Below are positions 18,908-28,532 of a stretch of DNA of 41,699 nucleotides, in pieces. Within the stretch, counting starts at the first letter, position 1, and each line of letters opens with the position of its first letter. The notes beneath the pieces were generated by a model. The model worked only from the letters and a program-made list of their open reading frames with translations. It was not told the DNA's origin and did no database searches. Source of the stretch: Thermoplasmata archaeon (GTDB lineage: Archaea; Thermoplasmatota; Thermoplasmata; Halarchaeoplasmatales; Halarchaeoplasmataceae); NCBI GenBank assembly GCA_019594305.1, contig JAFDTZ010000002.1, positions 1-41,699 on the forward strand, given 5' to 3'. The translations under genes and the position numbers were made by a program.

Positions 18908-19831
18908 GTGGTGTTAAGTATGGGCCTTCTTGAAGATTTTATCGAGGAAGAGGTGAAGGTGGAGCGTAAAGATAAAAAGGTAGAGCCGATCATTGAAAAA
19001 TACGGCGGTATACATCTTGAAACCGACAGTAAGCACGAGATGGTTTCTACCAAACAGCAGGCCACTTACGAAGTAAATGTAGTAAATGATTCCTCGACGG
19101 ACCAAGACGTGATAATCGAAGTCAAATTGCTTTACAGTGCGGATATGGAACGGGGGGTTGTCTGGAAGACGGCGGTCGACGGAGAAATTATACTATCCGA
19201 CCAGGAAGAAACCTTCAGTAAAGTGGTCAGCGTACCTAACAAAGAGGAAAAAACCCTACGTATCTCTGTAGAACCGCCGCCGGGAGCTATCTACGGAGAG
19301 AAGTTTGAAGTCGTAATAGATGCCACTTCCAAGAAGGATCAATTTTTATCCGACTCGATCACATTGATCACCATCGCGAAACCTACGGTTATCGCAGTGA
19401 AAACACAGATCGGTCAGGAGAAAAACATCGCGGATTATCTCGCCGGAATTGCTAAAAGACAGAATCTAGGAATTTATTCTATATTGAGCCCTAAACCCGT
19501 TAAAGGTTATATATTCCTCGAGGTGATGAGCCCCGAGCTCATAGATGAAGCGGTCAGCGGGATGCGAAAGGTGAGGGGTGTGGTAGAAGGGGAGAGCAGC
19601 ATAGAAGAGATCGAACATTTCCTGACGCCAAAACTCGCCGTTGAAGGTATCGCAGAAGGAGATATTGTAGAGCTTTCAGCCGGTCCTTTCAAGAGTGAAA
19701 AGGCCAGGGTTATCAAGATAGACGAGGCTAACGATGAGATAACCGTGGAATTGTTCGAGGCTACAGTTCCGATACCCGTAACGGTCAGAGGTGACCATGT
19801 GAGGGTCTTGGAGAAAGAAAAGAATAGATAA
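18908..19831 (+). CDS. spt5: Transcription elongation factor Spt5 (NusG) with a ~160-aa N-terminal Ig-like extension
   Basis: Residues ~161-307 form a complete archaeal Spt5: NGN domain (VIAVKTQIGQEKNIADYL...GYIFLEV) plus KOW domain (GDIVELSAGPFKSEKARVIKID). The upstream 160 codons are in frame with no stop. The start is GTG 18908 or ATG 18920. Confidence 0.8.
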   Translation: MVLSMGLLEDFIEEEVKVERKDKKVEPIIEKYGGIHLETDSKHEMVSTKQQATYEVNVVNDSSTDQDVIIEVKLLYSADMERGVVWKTAVDGEIILSDQEETFSKVVSVPNKEEKTLRISVEPPPGAIYGEKFEVVIDATSKKDQFLSDSITLITIAKPTVIAVKTQIGQEKNIADYLAGIAKRQNLGIYSILSPKPVKGYIFLEVMSPELIDEAVSGMRKVRGVVEGESSIEEIEHFLTPKLAVEGIAEGDIVELSAGPFKSEKARVIKIDEANDEITVELFEATVPIPVTVRGDHVRVLEKEKNR

Positions 19832-19846
19832 TGGAGTTGATTTAAA

Positions 19847-20326
19847 ATGCCAACAGAGACAATCGAAGCACTTGTGGACGGTGGTGAGGCCAGTGCCGGA
19901 CCGCCTTTGGGTCCTTTACTGGGTCCTTTACAGGTAAATATAATGGAAATAATAAACGCCGTAAACGACCGGACGGCGAAGTTCAAGGGTATGAAAGTGC
20001 CCATAACCATAAATATCGATACGGGTACCAAGGAATACGATATCAAGGTGGGGATCCCGCCTACATCGGCACTCATTCTCGAAAAGCTCGGTATAGATAA
20101 AGGCAGCGGTAGCGCCCTTACTCATAAAGTAGCCGACATTAGCATAAAAGAGGCAAAGGAGGTAGCCGAGATGAAGTCCGATGACCTACTTGGAAATACT
20201 CTAAAGTCTAAGGTTAAAGAGGTCATCGGTACCTGCGTTTCCATGGGAATAACCGTCGAAGGCAAACCCCCTCGTGAGGCCCAGAAAGCCTTGGATCGTG
20301 GTGAATACGACAACCACTTCGAATAG
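19847..20326 (+). CDS. rpl11: 50S ribosomal protein L11 (uL11)
   Basis: Motifs GGEASAGPPLGPLLGPLQVN and KVGIPPTSALI are present. It occupies the conserved position after spt5. Confidence 0.9.
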   Translation: MPTETIEALVDGGEASAGPPLGPLLGPLQVNIMEIINAVNDRTAKFKGMKVPITINIDTGTKEYDIKVGIPPTSALILEKLGIDKGSGSALTHKVADISIKEAKEVAEMKSDDLLGNTLKSKVKEVIGTCVSMGITVEGKPPREAQKALDRGEYDNHFE

Positions 20327-20331
20327 GATAG

Positions 20332-21000
20332 TTAATTCAAAACTACTTTCCTAGCCTTGCCCTTCGATATCAGCACATTGGCGATATCTTCTCTAAGGGT
20401 GACTACATCTTCTTTCTTTAGGTTATAGGTTGTTTCGAGATCGACGAAAGCGGGCATGTCTTCTATAACGTGGATCAGGACCTCTCCCTTTTCCAAATCG
20501 CCGGGGGCTTCTTGAATCTCTTCTTTTTCTTGAGGTATTTTCTCAGGTTTTTTACTTTCCTGCATCTCTTGTATTTTCTCTTCTTTAGGGCTCTCTTCAT
20601 CGCTAGCTTGTCTGCGATAACCGCCGTAGAAAACCTCTTCTCTAATATTTTTTAAAAGTATCTTCATGTCGTTGAAGAATTCTCCTTCCCTATCGGTCAT
20701 CCTATCCATCTTTACTTTTTCTACACCGCTAAACTGGTGAAGGGAGGAAAGAGATATTTTTTTGATTCTCAAAATAAAGAGTCTTTCCGCTATCTTCTTC
20801 GCTTTAAAGTACTCCCTTCGAAGTCTCTCGTTCTCACTAGATGTAGACGCCCCCATATCCTCAAGTTTATCCTTTAGCTCGCTCAAATATTCTCTTAGGT
20901 TAGGGTAAAAATCCTGTTCTAGATGTGTAAGTGTTTTAGATGATTTTTCATCCTCAAGTGCGTTAAGCAATGTCTGCAACTGGAAGTCCTTCTCTGCCAT
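20332..21000 (-). CDS. GINS complex subunit (Gins51/Gins15-like) with an acidic/lysine-rich linker
   Basis: The N-terminal helical A-domain pattern is present (L..E..S..L..L..DFY ... R..KI). A small C-terminal B-domain reads VLIHVIEDMPAFVDLETTYNLKKEDVVTLREDIANVLISKGKARKV. The assignment is by pattern memory only. Confidence 0.5.
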   Translation of the reverse strand: MAEKDFQLQTLLNALEDEKSSKTLTHLEQDFYPNLREYLSELKDKLEDMGASTSSENERLRREYFKAKKIAERLFILRIKKISLSSLHQFSGVEKVKMDRMTDREGEFFNDMKILLKNIREEVFYGGYRRQASDEESPKEEKIQEMQESKKPEKIPQEKEEIQEAPGDLEKGEVLIHVIEDMPAFVDLETTYNLKKEDVVTLREDIANVLISKGKARKVVLN

Positions 21001-21066
21001 CTAATTCCTATGGGTGCACCCCGTAATATCATTTTCGGATTGCCGTTTAGATATCGGACGGTCAAT

Positions 21067-21285
21067 TCATCCGAAGCGGGTCCTGCATCGAGGGCACACG
21101 AGGGCATCTTCGTCTATATGTTTCCTACAAACCGAGCACGCATAGATAACGATTCCATCATGGTCCTCTTCCAGCATTTCGGCTCCACATTTGATACACT
21201 CGAAGTCGTCCGGGACTAGTCCTCCGCAGAAGTGGCATTCGATAAGAATATCGATATAGCCCGGGTTTTCCTCTTCATCACTCAT
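21067..21285 (-). CDS. Double zinc-ribbon protein
   Basis: The 72-aa product has four Cys pairs: CHFC, CIKC, CSVC and CPRC. Confidence 0.45.
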   Translation of the reverse strand: MSDEEENPGYIDILIECHFCGGLVPDDFECIKCGAEMLEEDHDGIVIYACSVCRKHIDEDALVCPRCRTRFG

Positions 21286-21311
21286 ATAGGATGTGAATTG
21301 TTAATACCGTA

Positions 21312-21788
21312 TTAATCCTTTTCCCCTCCGTCATTTACCGTTATCATACCCCATTTTCCCGTGGATATCTGCAGCCCGTATCCCCTGTCCTGTACGTATC
21401 CGTTTACTATTGTTACCTTGCACCCCATGACTATATCGTCACCTACTCGCTCGGTGTCGTCGTCCCAGAAAACCAACTTCACCGAACCCTTGTCGTCATC
21501 GATACGTACGTTCCTCACTTTACCTTGTCCGCCTTTACGCTGGAATGTTCGGAGAACACCCAGGTCTACGACCCTACCGGTCACGGTAGCGGCTTCACCG
21601 GGTCTAAGGTCACAGGTGTCCGTTATACTACTTTCGTTTCTCCCTTCCTCCGCTACTATGATATGTGCCACTAGATCATCGTTGAACAGTCCTCCGTACT
21701 TTTCACCTTTCAACTTTATCTCTGACAAAAAGTCTTCTTTGTCGTAGATATCCTTTACCGATTCGTAGTGTTCTTCCACGGTAGTCAT
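21312..21788 (-). CDS. Single OB-fold nucleic-acid-binding protein (short RPA/SSB-like)
   Basis: An N-terminal helical segment (GGLFNDDLVAHIIVAEEG) is typical of archaeal RPA N-termini. It is followed by an OB-fold pattern (ATVTGRVVDLGVLRTFQRKGGQGKVRNVRIDDDKGSVKLVFWDD). Confidence 0.5.
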   Translation of the reverse strand: MTTVEEHYESVKDIYDKEDFLSEIKLKGEKYGGLFNDDLVAHIIVAEEGRNESSITDTCDLRPGEAATVTGRVVDLGVLRTFQRKGGQGKVRNVRIDDDKGSVKLVFWDDDTERVGDDIVMGCKVTIVNGYVQDRGYGLQISTGKWGMITVNDGGEKD

Positions 21789-21845
21789 CAGGTGGCTAAT
21801 GAGCCCGATTACTTAAACCCTTTTGGGATTAACGTAAATACCTTA

Positions 21846-23288
<1,443 letters not shown>

Positions 23289-23453
23289 TTACCAATGTTA
23301 CACTTTTAATCAAATTTAATTCGGTGATTTGGACTCGGAAGGCAATCGTAAAACTTATTTAAAACTCGCCGTTCCACCTATTGTGGCAACATCTACAAGG
23401 ATCACGTTTCCCTCCGTGGGTCACATGGAAGTAGCTACAAGAAGGTGTTTTAT

Positions 23454-23930
23454 ATGGAAGATGAGAACTTCAACGAAGACAGTCTTAATGAGTTATTGAA
23501 TGATTACCCGCCTGAAAAAAGTTCATTGATCCCCATCCTTCAGGCAAGCCAGGATAAGTACGGTTACCTACCACGACCAGTGATGAAAACTATAGCGAAA
23601 TATCTGAGTATTCCGGTGAGTACCGTACATGGCGTTTCAACATTCTACGCACAGTTCCGATTCGAACCGATCGGCAAACACGTGGTCAAAGTGTGTCACG
23701 GTACGGCCTGCCATGTAAAGGGTGCCGATAAGATAAACGAAACCATCGAATCGAAAATAGGTGTTAAGAGCGGTGAAACCACAGAAGACGGCCTGTTCAC
23801 ACTGGAACGTGTGGCGTGTATCGGATGCTGCAGTCTAGCTCCGGTCATCATGGTCGACGGTACGGCCCACGGTAACCTTGACAGGAAAAAGGTAAAGAAG
23901 GTTATACAGTCTTACAGGGAGGGGGAATAG
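23454..23930 (+). CDS. NuoE/HydC-like [2Fe-2S] thioredoxin-fold subunit
   Basis: Cluster ligands CHGTAC....CIGCC are present, along with LIPILQ..Q..YGYLP. ATG 23454 is preferred; GTG 23445 is possible. Confidence 0.8.
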   Translation: MEDENFNEDSLNELLNDYPPEKSSLIPILQASQDKYGYLPRPVMKTIAKYLSIPVSTVHGVSTFYAQFRFEPIGKHVVKVCHGTACHVKGADKINETIESKIGVKSGETTEDGLFTLERVACIGCCSLAPVIMVDGTAHGNLDRKKVKKVIQSYREGE

Positions 23931-25688
23931 ATGCCGGAAACTAAAATTCTGATAGGTTATGCGTCCTGTGGTATAGCCGCAGGGGCCTCGGACGTAGAAC
24001 GTGCTCTCCGATCAACCATGGATGAACACGGTATCGACACGATCATACGACGGGTAGGTTGTGTGGGGATGTGCCATAACGAGCCGATAGTCGAGCTCAT
24101 AGACGAAAAGGGACATTACACCTACGGCGATCTGGAGGCGAAGGACGCGGTGAAGATAGTTACAGAGCATCTCCTGGGCGGTACGCCCTACGAAGACAAA
24201 CTTATAATCTCACCTGAAAAGCAATACGATTATTTTACAAAACAAAAGAAGATTGTGCTGCGGAACAGCGGCGTGATCGACCCCGAAGATATAGAGGACT
24301 ACATCGCCAGTGGAGGCTATGAAGGGCTAAAGAAGGCACTCGAAGTGGGTTCCGACGACGTCGTAGAAGAGATAAAGAAAAGTAAACTTAGGGGCAGAGG
24401 CGGTGCCGGATTCCCTACCGGTCTGAAATGGCAGTTTGCCAGGGACGCGAAGGCTGATAGTAAATACGTTATATGCAACGCCGACGAAGGGGACCCCGGT
24501 GCATTCATGGACCGCTCGGTGCTAGAAGGAGATCCTCATGCGGTTCTGGAGGGTATGATAATATGCGCTTTCGCCGTGGGTGCGGATAAGGGTTACATAT
24601 ACTGCAGGGCGGAGTATCCTTTAGCCATCAGAAGATTGGAGATCGGTATACGTCAGGCGGAAGAGAAAGGATTTTTAGGCGATAATATACTGGGTTCCGA
24701 ACACTCGTTCAGGATAATAATCAAGGAAGGTGCCGGTGCCTTCGTCTGCGGTGAAGAAACAGCGTTGATGCACTCCATTGAAGGCGGAAGGGGTATGCCG
24801 AGACCGAGACCCCCGTTTCCCGCGCAGAAAGGTCTTTTCGGTAAACCCACCAATATAAACAATGTTGAAACCCTTGCCAACATACCCTATATATTACGCG
24901 AGGGCGCGGAAAAATACACTGAATGCGGTACCGAGAGGAGCGGAGGCACTAAGGTGTTTGCCTTGGCGGGTAAGGTTAAACGAGGCGGACTGGTAGAGGT
25001 GCCCATAGGTACTCCTTTGAAGGATATCATATACGGTATAGGCGATGGGATAGAAGGTGACAGGGAATTCAAGGCGGTACAGCTGGGCGGTCCGTCAGGC
25101 GGCTGCCTACCTGCGGAATACCTGGATACACCTGTGGATTATGAGACCCTGACAAAGGCGGGTGCCATAATGGGTTCCGGCGGTATGATAGTGATGGATG
25201 AAATGGATTGTATGGTAAACGTAGCCCATTACTTCCTGGATTTTACCCAGAAAGAGTCCTGCGGCAAGTGCACCTTCTGCAGGGTCGGTACAAAACGCAT
25301 GCTTGAGATATTGGAACGGTTTACCCACGGTAACGGTACTTTGGATGATATAACGACCTTGGAAACCCTCGCTTCACACATCAAGGCTTACTCACTGTGC
25401 GGCCTAGGCCAGACGGCTCCGAATCCCGTACTTACAACACTAAGATACTTCCAGGACGAGTATCTTGCCCATATAGATGAAGGCCGTTGTCCGGCAAAGG
25501 TATGCAGGGACCTGATCACCTTCACCATAACCGACACATGTGTAGGATGCGGCCTCTGTATGTATGAATGCTCCGTGGATGCAATAAGCGGTGAGAAGCG
25601 TTCGAAACACGTTATCGATCAAGATGAATGTATCTCATGCGGTGCCTGTGGAGAGGTATGTCCTGTAAGTGCAGTGGAGGTGCTCTAG
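23931..25688 (+). CDS. NuoF/HydB-like FMN- and NAD(H)-binding subunit with an N-terminal 2Fe-2S domain and a C-terminal 2x[4Fe-4S] ferredoxin domain
   Basis: Motifs seen are GRGGAGFPTGLKW, ICNADEGDPGAF, the FMN site GAGAFVCGEETAL, the N3 cluster ESCGKCTFCR, and CVGCGLCMYEC plus CISCGACGEVCP. The start abuts the NuoE-like stop. Confidence 0.85.
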   Translation: MPETKILIGYASCGIAAGASDVERALRSTMDEHGIDTIIRRVGCVGMCHNEPIVELIDEKGHYTYGDLEAKDAVKIVTEHLLGGTPYEDKLIISPEKQYDYFTKQKKIVLRNSGVIDPEDIEDYIASGGYEGLKKALEVGSDDVVEEIKKSKLRGRGGAGFPTGLKWQFARDAKADSKYVICNADEGDPGAFMDRSVLEGDPHAVLEGMIICAFAVGADKGYIYCRAEYPLAIRRLEIGIRQAEEKGFLGDNILGSEHSFRIIIKEGAGAFVCGEETALMHSIEGGRGMPRPRPPFPAQKGLFGKPTNINNVETLANIPYILREGAEKYTECGTERSGGTKVFALAGKVKRGGLVEVPIGTPLKDIIYGIGDGIEGDREFKAVQLGGPSGGCLPAEYLDTPVDYETLTKAGAIMGSGGMIVMDEMDCMVNVAHYFLDFTQKESCGKCTFCRVGTKRMLEILERFTHGNGTLDDITTLETLASHIKAYSLCGLGQTAPNPVLTTLRYFQDEYLAHIDEGRCPAKVCRDLITFTITDTCVGCGLCMYECSVDAISGEKRSKHVIDQDECISCGACGEVCPVSAVEVL

Positions 25689-28532
25689 ATGACGGATTCT
25701 ACAGAGATCAAGATAAACGGTATTTCGTGCACGTGCAAACCGGACGACACCGTTCTGGACGCATGCAGAGACAACGGATTTTTCATACCTACCCTGTGTG
25801 AGATAGAGGAGATAGACCAACCCTTCGGCGGGTGCAGGGTATGTCTGGTAGAGATAACCGGTCCCAGAGGAACCATAATTACCACATCATGTGACACACC
25901 CGTTTCTCCTGAAATGGAGATAGTAACGGAATCTCCGGATATATTCGAAGGCAGAAAAACCGCTATCGAACTGTTGCTGTCCGAGCACACCGGCGATTGT
26001 GTAGCGCCCTGCTCAAGAGAATGTCCAACCAGCCTGGACGTACAGGGTTACTTAGCACACATAGCCAGCGGAAGGCCCCGTGAAGCTGTTAAACTAATAA
26101 AGCAAAAAACGCCTCTGGCTATATCGTTGGGTCGTGCGTGCTTCGCTCCTTGTGAAGAAGAATGTAGAAGAAATCTTGTGGAAGACCCCATCGCTATACG
26201 CCAGGAAAAGCAGTACGCCGCTGAAGTGGATATTCGTGATCCGTGGACCCCGGATATACCGGAGGAAACCGGTAAAAGTGTAGGTGTCGTCGGCGGAGGC
26301 CCTGCGGGTCTCACTGCAGCATATTTCCTGCGATTAAAAGGTCATAGTGTCACCATCTACGATATGATGCCCGAGCTGGGAGGTATGATGAGATACGGCA
26401 TCCCCAATTATCGGCTGCCGAAGGATCTCCTGGATCTGGAAATAAACTGGATCATCGGTCTTGGAATCGATGTAAAAACGGAGACCAAACTAGGCACCGA
26501 TTTATCCCTGAAAGAGCTCCGTCAACAACACGATGCGGTCTTCGTTACATCCGGTGCTTGGGAAAGTTGGATGGTACCCATAGAAGGGAAGGATCTTCCA
26601 CGTGTATACGGCGGCATAGACTTTTTGGTGGATGTTACGCTTGGGAAGGAAGTTTCCCTGGGTGAAAAGGTACTGGTTGTAGGATGCGGCAATACCGCTA
26701 TGGATGTCTCCCGTACCGCTAGAAGGCTTGGTAAGGACGTAACAATCGTGTACCGTCGCACATCAGATGAAGCACCGGCCTCCATCGAGGAGCGGGAAGA
26801 AGCCGAAGAAGAAGGCGTTAAGTTCATGTATCTGACCAATCCCGAAAAGATATGCGGCTGCGATGTGAACGGAGTTAGCAAAGTGGAGTGCGCTCGTATG
26901 GAACTGGGGGAACCGGATGCATCCGGCAGACCCCGCCCGGTAAAAATCGAAGGTGAACCCCTTTCGTTAGAAGCGGATAGCGTGATACTCGCCATCGGTC
27001 AATCACCCGACTTAGAGACACTTCAGAACGAAGGACTCGAGACCTCTAAATACACCATGAAGTGCGATATAAAATTCATGACAAATCTGGAAGGTGTATT
27101 CACCGCAGGCGATGCACTGATAGGGCCTTCATCAATAGTCGAATGCACCGGTCAGGCGAGAGAGGCAGCCTATGCGATCGATGCATATGTGAACGGAGAC
27201 CTGAATTCTTACGAAACCCCGGAGGACTACAAATTACCCTTCGGGTACGCCCATACGGATATCAAGTCAGAGGAAGATTTTGCCGATTGGGAAAGAATTC
27301 CTAGAGCCATGATGCCCAAACGTTCGCCGGAAGACAGAGTTAAGGATTTCGAAGTAATTGAACTCGGATTCGATAATATAACCGTGGAGGAAGAGGCGGA
27401 GAGATGCCTCGAATGCGGATGTCTTGATATATTCCAGTGTAAATTGAAGGAATATGCCTCAGTATATGGTGCCCGGCAGAATACCTATCAGGGATTCAAA
27501 CAAGACTTTGACATAGACGAATCACACCCTCATATGATCCGAGATCCGGGCAAGTGCATTCTGTGCGGTTCCTGCGTACGCACATCGGAGGAATTCGGCG
27601 AAGGTGTGGTCCAATTCGCTCAACGGGGCTTCGTAACCGTAGTTGAGCCGGCCTTCAGTGAACCTCTGGGCACCGTGGAAAGCGAACTTATAGGGACCCT
27701 CGCCGATGCATGTCCGACCGGTGCACTGGAAGAATTACCCGTTGATAAACCCGGTCCCTTCGAGCTGGAAGAACTCGTTGCTACCCATTGTGCCGGGTGC
27801 GGTATCGGCTGCCCGGTCAGTGTAATGGGCTTCGACGGGACACCTATACAACTGGTAGCCGATGATGATCCCTTGTATGGTCATCTTTGCGATAGAGGCA
27901 AATTCCACACTTTAGAAACATTTGCCGGTCTCGATTTGGAAAGTATATGCGATTACCTGAAAGACGGCCCGGTGGACATATACATGTCAGGCGATACTAC
28001 ATTGGAGGAATTGAAGTTACTGGAAGACATAGTCGGAATAACAGGAGGAAATATTTACTCACCGCATGCACCGTCGTGCATATCTACCGTGGGTCTCGAA
28101 GAACTTCTCAATACAAAAAAAGTATACATCGAAGAAGGGGCTTATGATGAAAGTCCCCTCATTAAGTTATTCGTACAACGTGCTCTGGATTCCGGTGCAG
28201 AAAAAGTGAGTAGTGCTCAGGAACTGGGAAACGGCGTAGCAGTCCTTTGTTCCCAAACTGAGAGCGATATGGAACGACGCATAGTTACACAGAGGTACGC
28301 AAACGCCGTCGGTCTTTATGGTTTATCCGTCAAGGGCGCCCCCGGTCGTAAGGTACTTCTTTACGGTCTTGACGAAGTGGATATAGATTCCTGTAGCATC
28401 TTAAAGATAAATACCGGTAACGACTGGCTGATAAAAAAAGGAACCTTCAAGAATATATTCGGCAAGGTGGTCGAACTTAATCCTGTGTCGGAGGAAGAAA
28501 ACATACTCAAAAAGATAATGGGTAAGATGTGA
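25689..28532 (+). CDS. Multidomain iron-sulfur flavoprotein. Domain order is 2Fe-2S (NuoG N-terminus-like), GltD-like FAD/NAD(P)H module, NuoG-like His/Cys 4Fe-4S clusters, molybdopterin-type 4Fe-4S domain, then a cofactor-less C-terminal stub.
   Basis: GGCRVC marks the 2Fe-2S domain. CVAPC...CP and GRACFAPCEEEC mark the GltD N-terminal clusters. GVVGGGPAGLTAA (FAD) and VVGCGNTAMD (NAD(P)H) mark the flavoprotein module. HPHMIRDPGKCILCGSCVR, CPTGAL and CAGCGIGCPV...LCDRGKF mark the later clusters. The start abuts the NuoF-like stop. Confidence 0.75.
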   Translation: MTDSTEIKINGISCTCKPDDTVLDACRDNGFFIPTLCEIEEIDQPFGGCRVCLVEITGPRGTIITTSCDTPVSPEMEIVTESPDIFEGRKTAIELLLSEHTGDCVAPCSRECPTSLDVQGYLAHIASGRPREAVKLIKQKTPLAISLGRACFAPCEEECRRNLVEDPIAIRQEKQYAAEVDIRDPWTPDIPEETGKSVGVVGGGPAGLTAAYFLRLKGHSVTIYDMMPELGGMMRYGIPNYRLPKDLLDLEINWIIGLGIDVKTETKLGTDLSLKELRQQHDAVFVTSGAWESWMVPIEGKDLPRVYGGIDFLVDVTLGKEVSLGEKVLVVGCGNTAMDVSRTARRLGKDVTIVYRRTSDEAPASIEEREEAEEEGVKFMYLTNPEKICGCDVNGVSKVECARMELGEPDASGRPRPVKIEGEPLSLEADSVILAIGQSPDLETLQNEGLETSKYTMKCDIKFMTNLEGVFTAGDALIGPSSIVECTGQAREAAYAIDAYVNGDLNSYETPEDYKLPFGYAHTDIKSEEDFADWERIPRAMMPKRSPEDRVKDFEVIELGFDNITVEEEAERCLECGCLDIFQCKLKEYASVYGARQNTYQGFKQDFDIDESHPHMIRDPGKCILCGSCVRTSEEFGEGVVQFAQRGFVTVVEPAFSEPLGTVESELIGTLADACPTGALEELPVDKPGPFELEELVATHCAGCGIGCPVSVMGFDGTPIQLVADDDPLYGHLCDRGKFHTLETFAGLDLESICDYLKDGPVDIYMSGDTTLEELKLLEDIVGITGGNIYSPHAPSCISTVGLEELLNTKKVYIEEGAYDESPLIKLFVQRALDSGAEKVSSAQELGNGVAVLCSQTESDMERRIVTQRYANAVGLYGLSVKGAPGRKVLLYGLDEVDIDSCSILKINTGNDWLIKKGTFKNIFGKVVELNPVSEEENILKKIMGKM

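Noticed and set aside
25689-28532. The 947-aa protein could be a formate dehydrogenase or NuoG catalytic subunit, possibly with selenocysteine.
   Set aside because: Only the N-terminal Fe-S domains and the small molybdopterin-type 4Fe-4S domain are present. The ~230-aa C-terminal stub is far too short for a Mo/W-bis-PGD catalytic domain, and there is no in-frame TGA.
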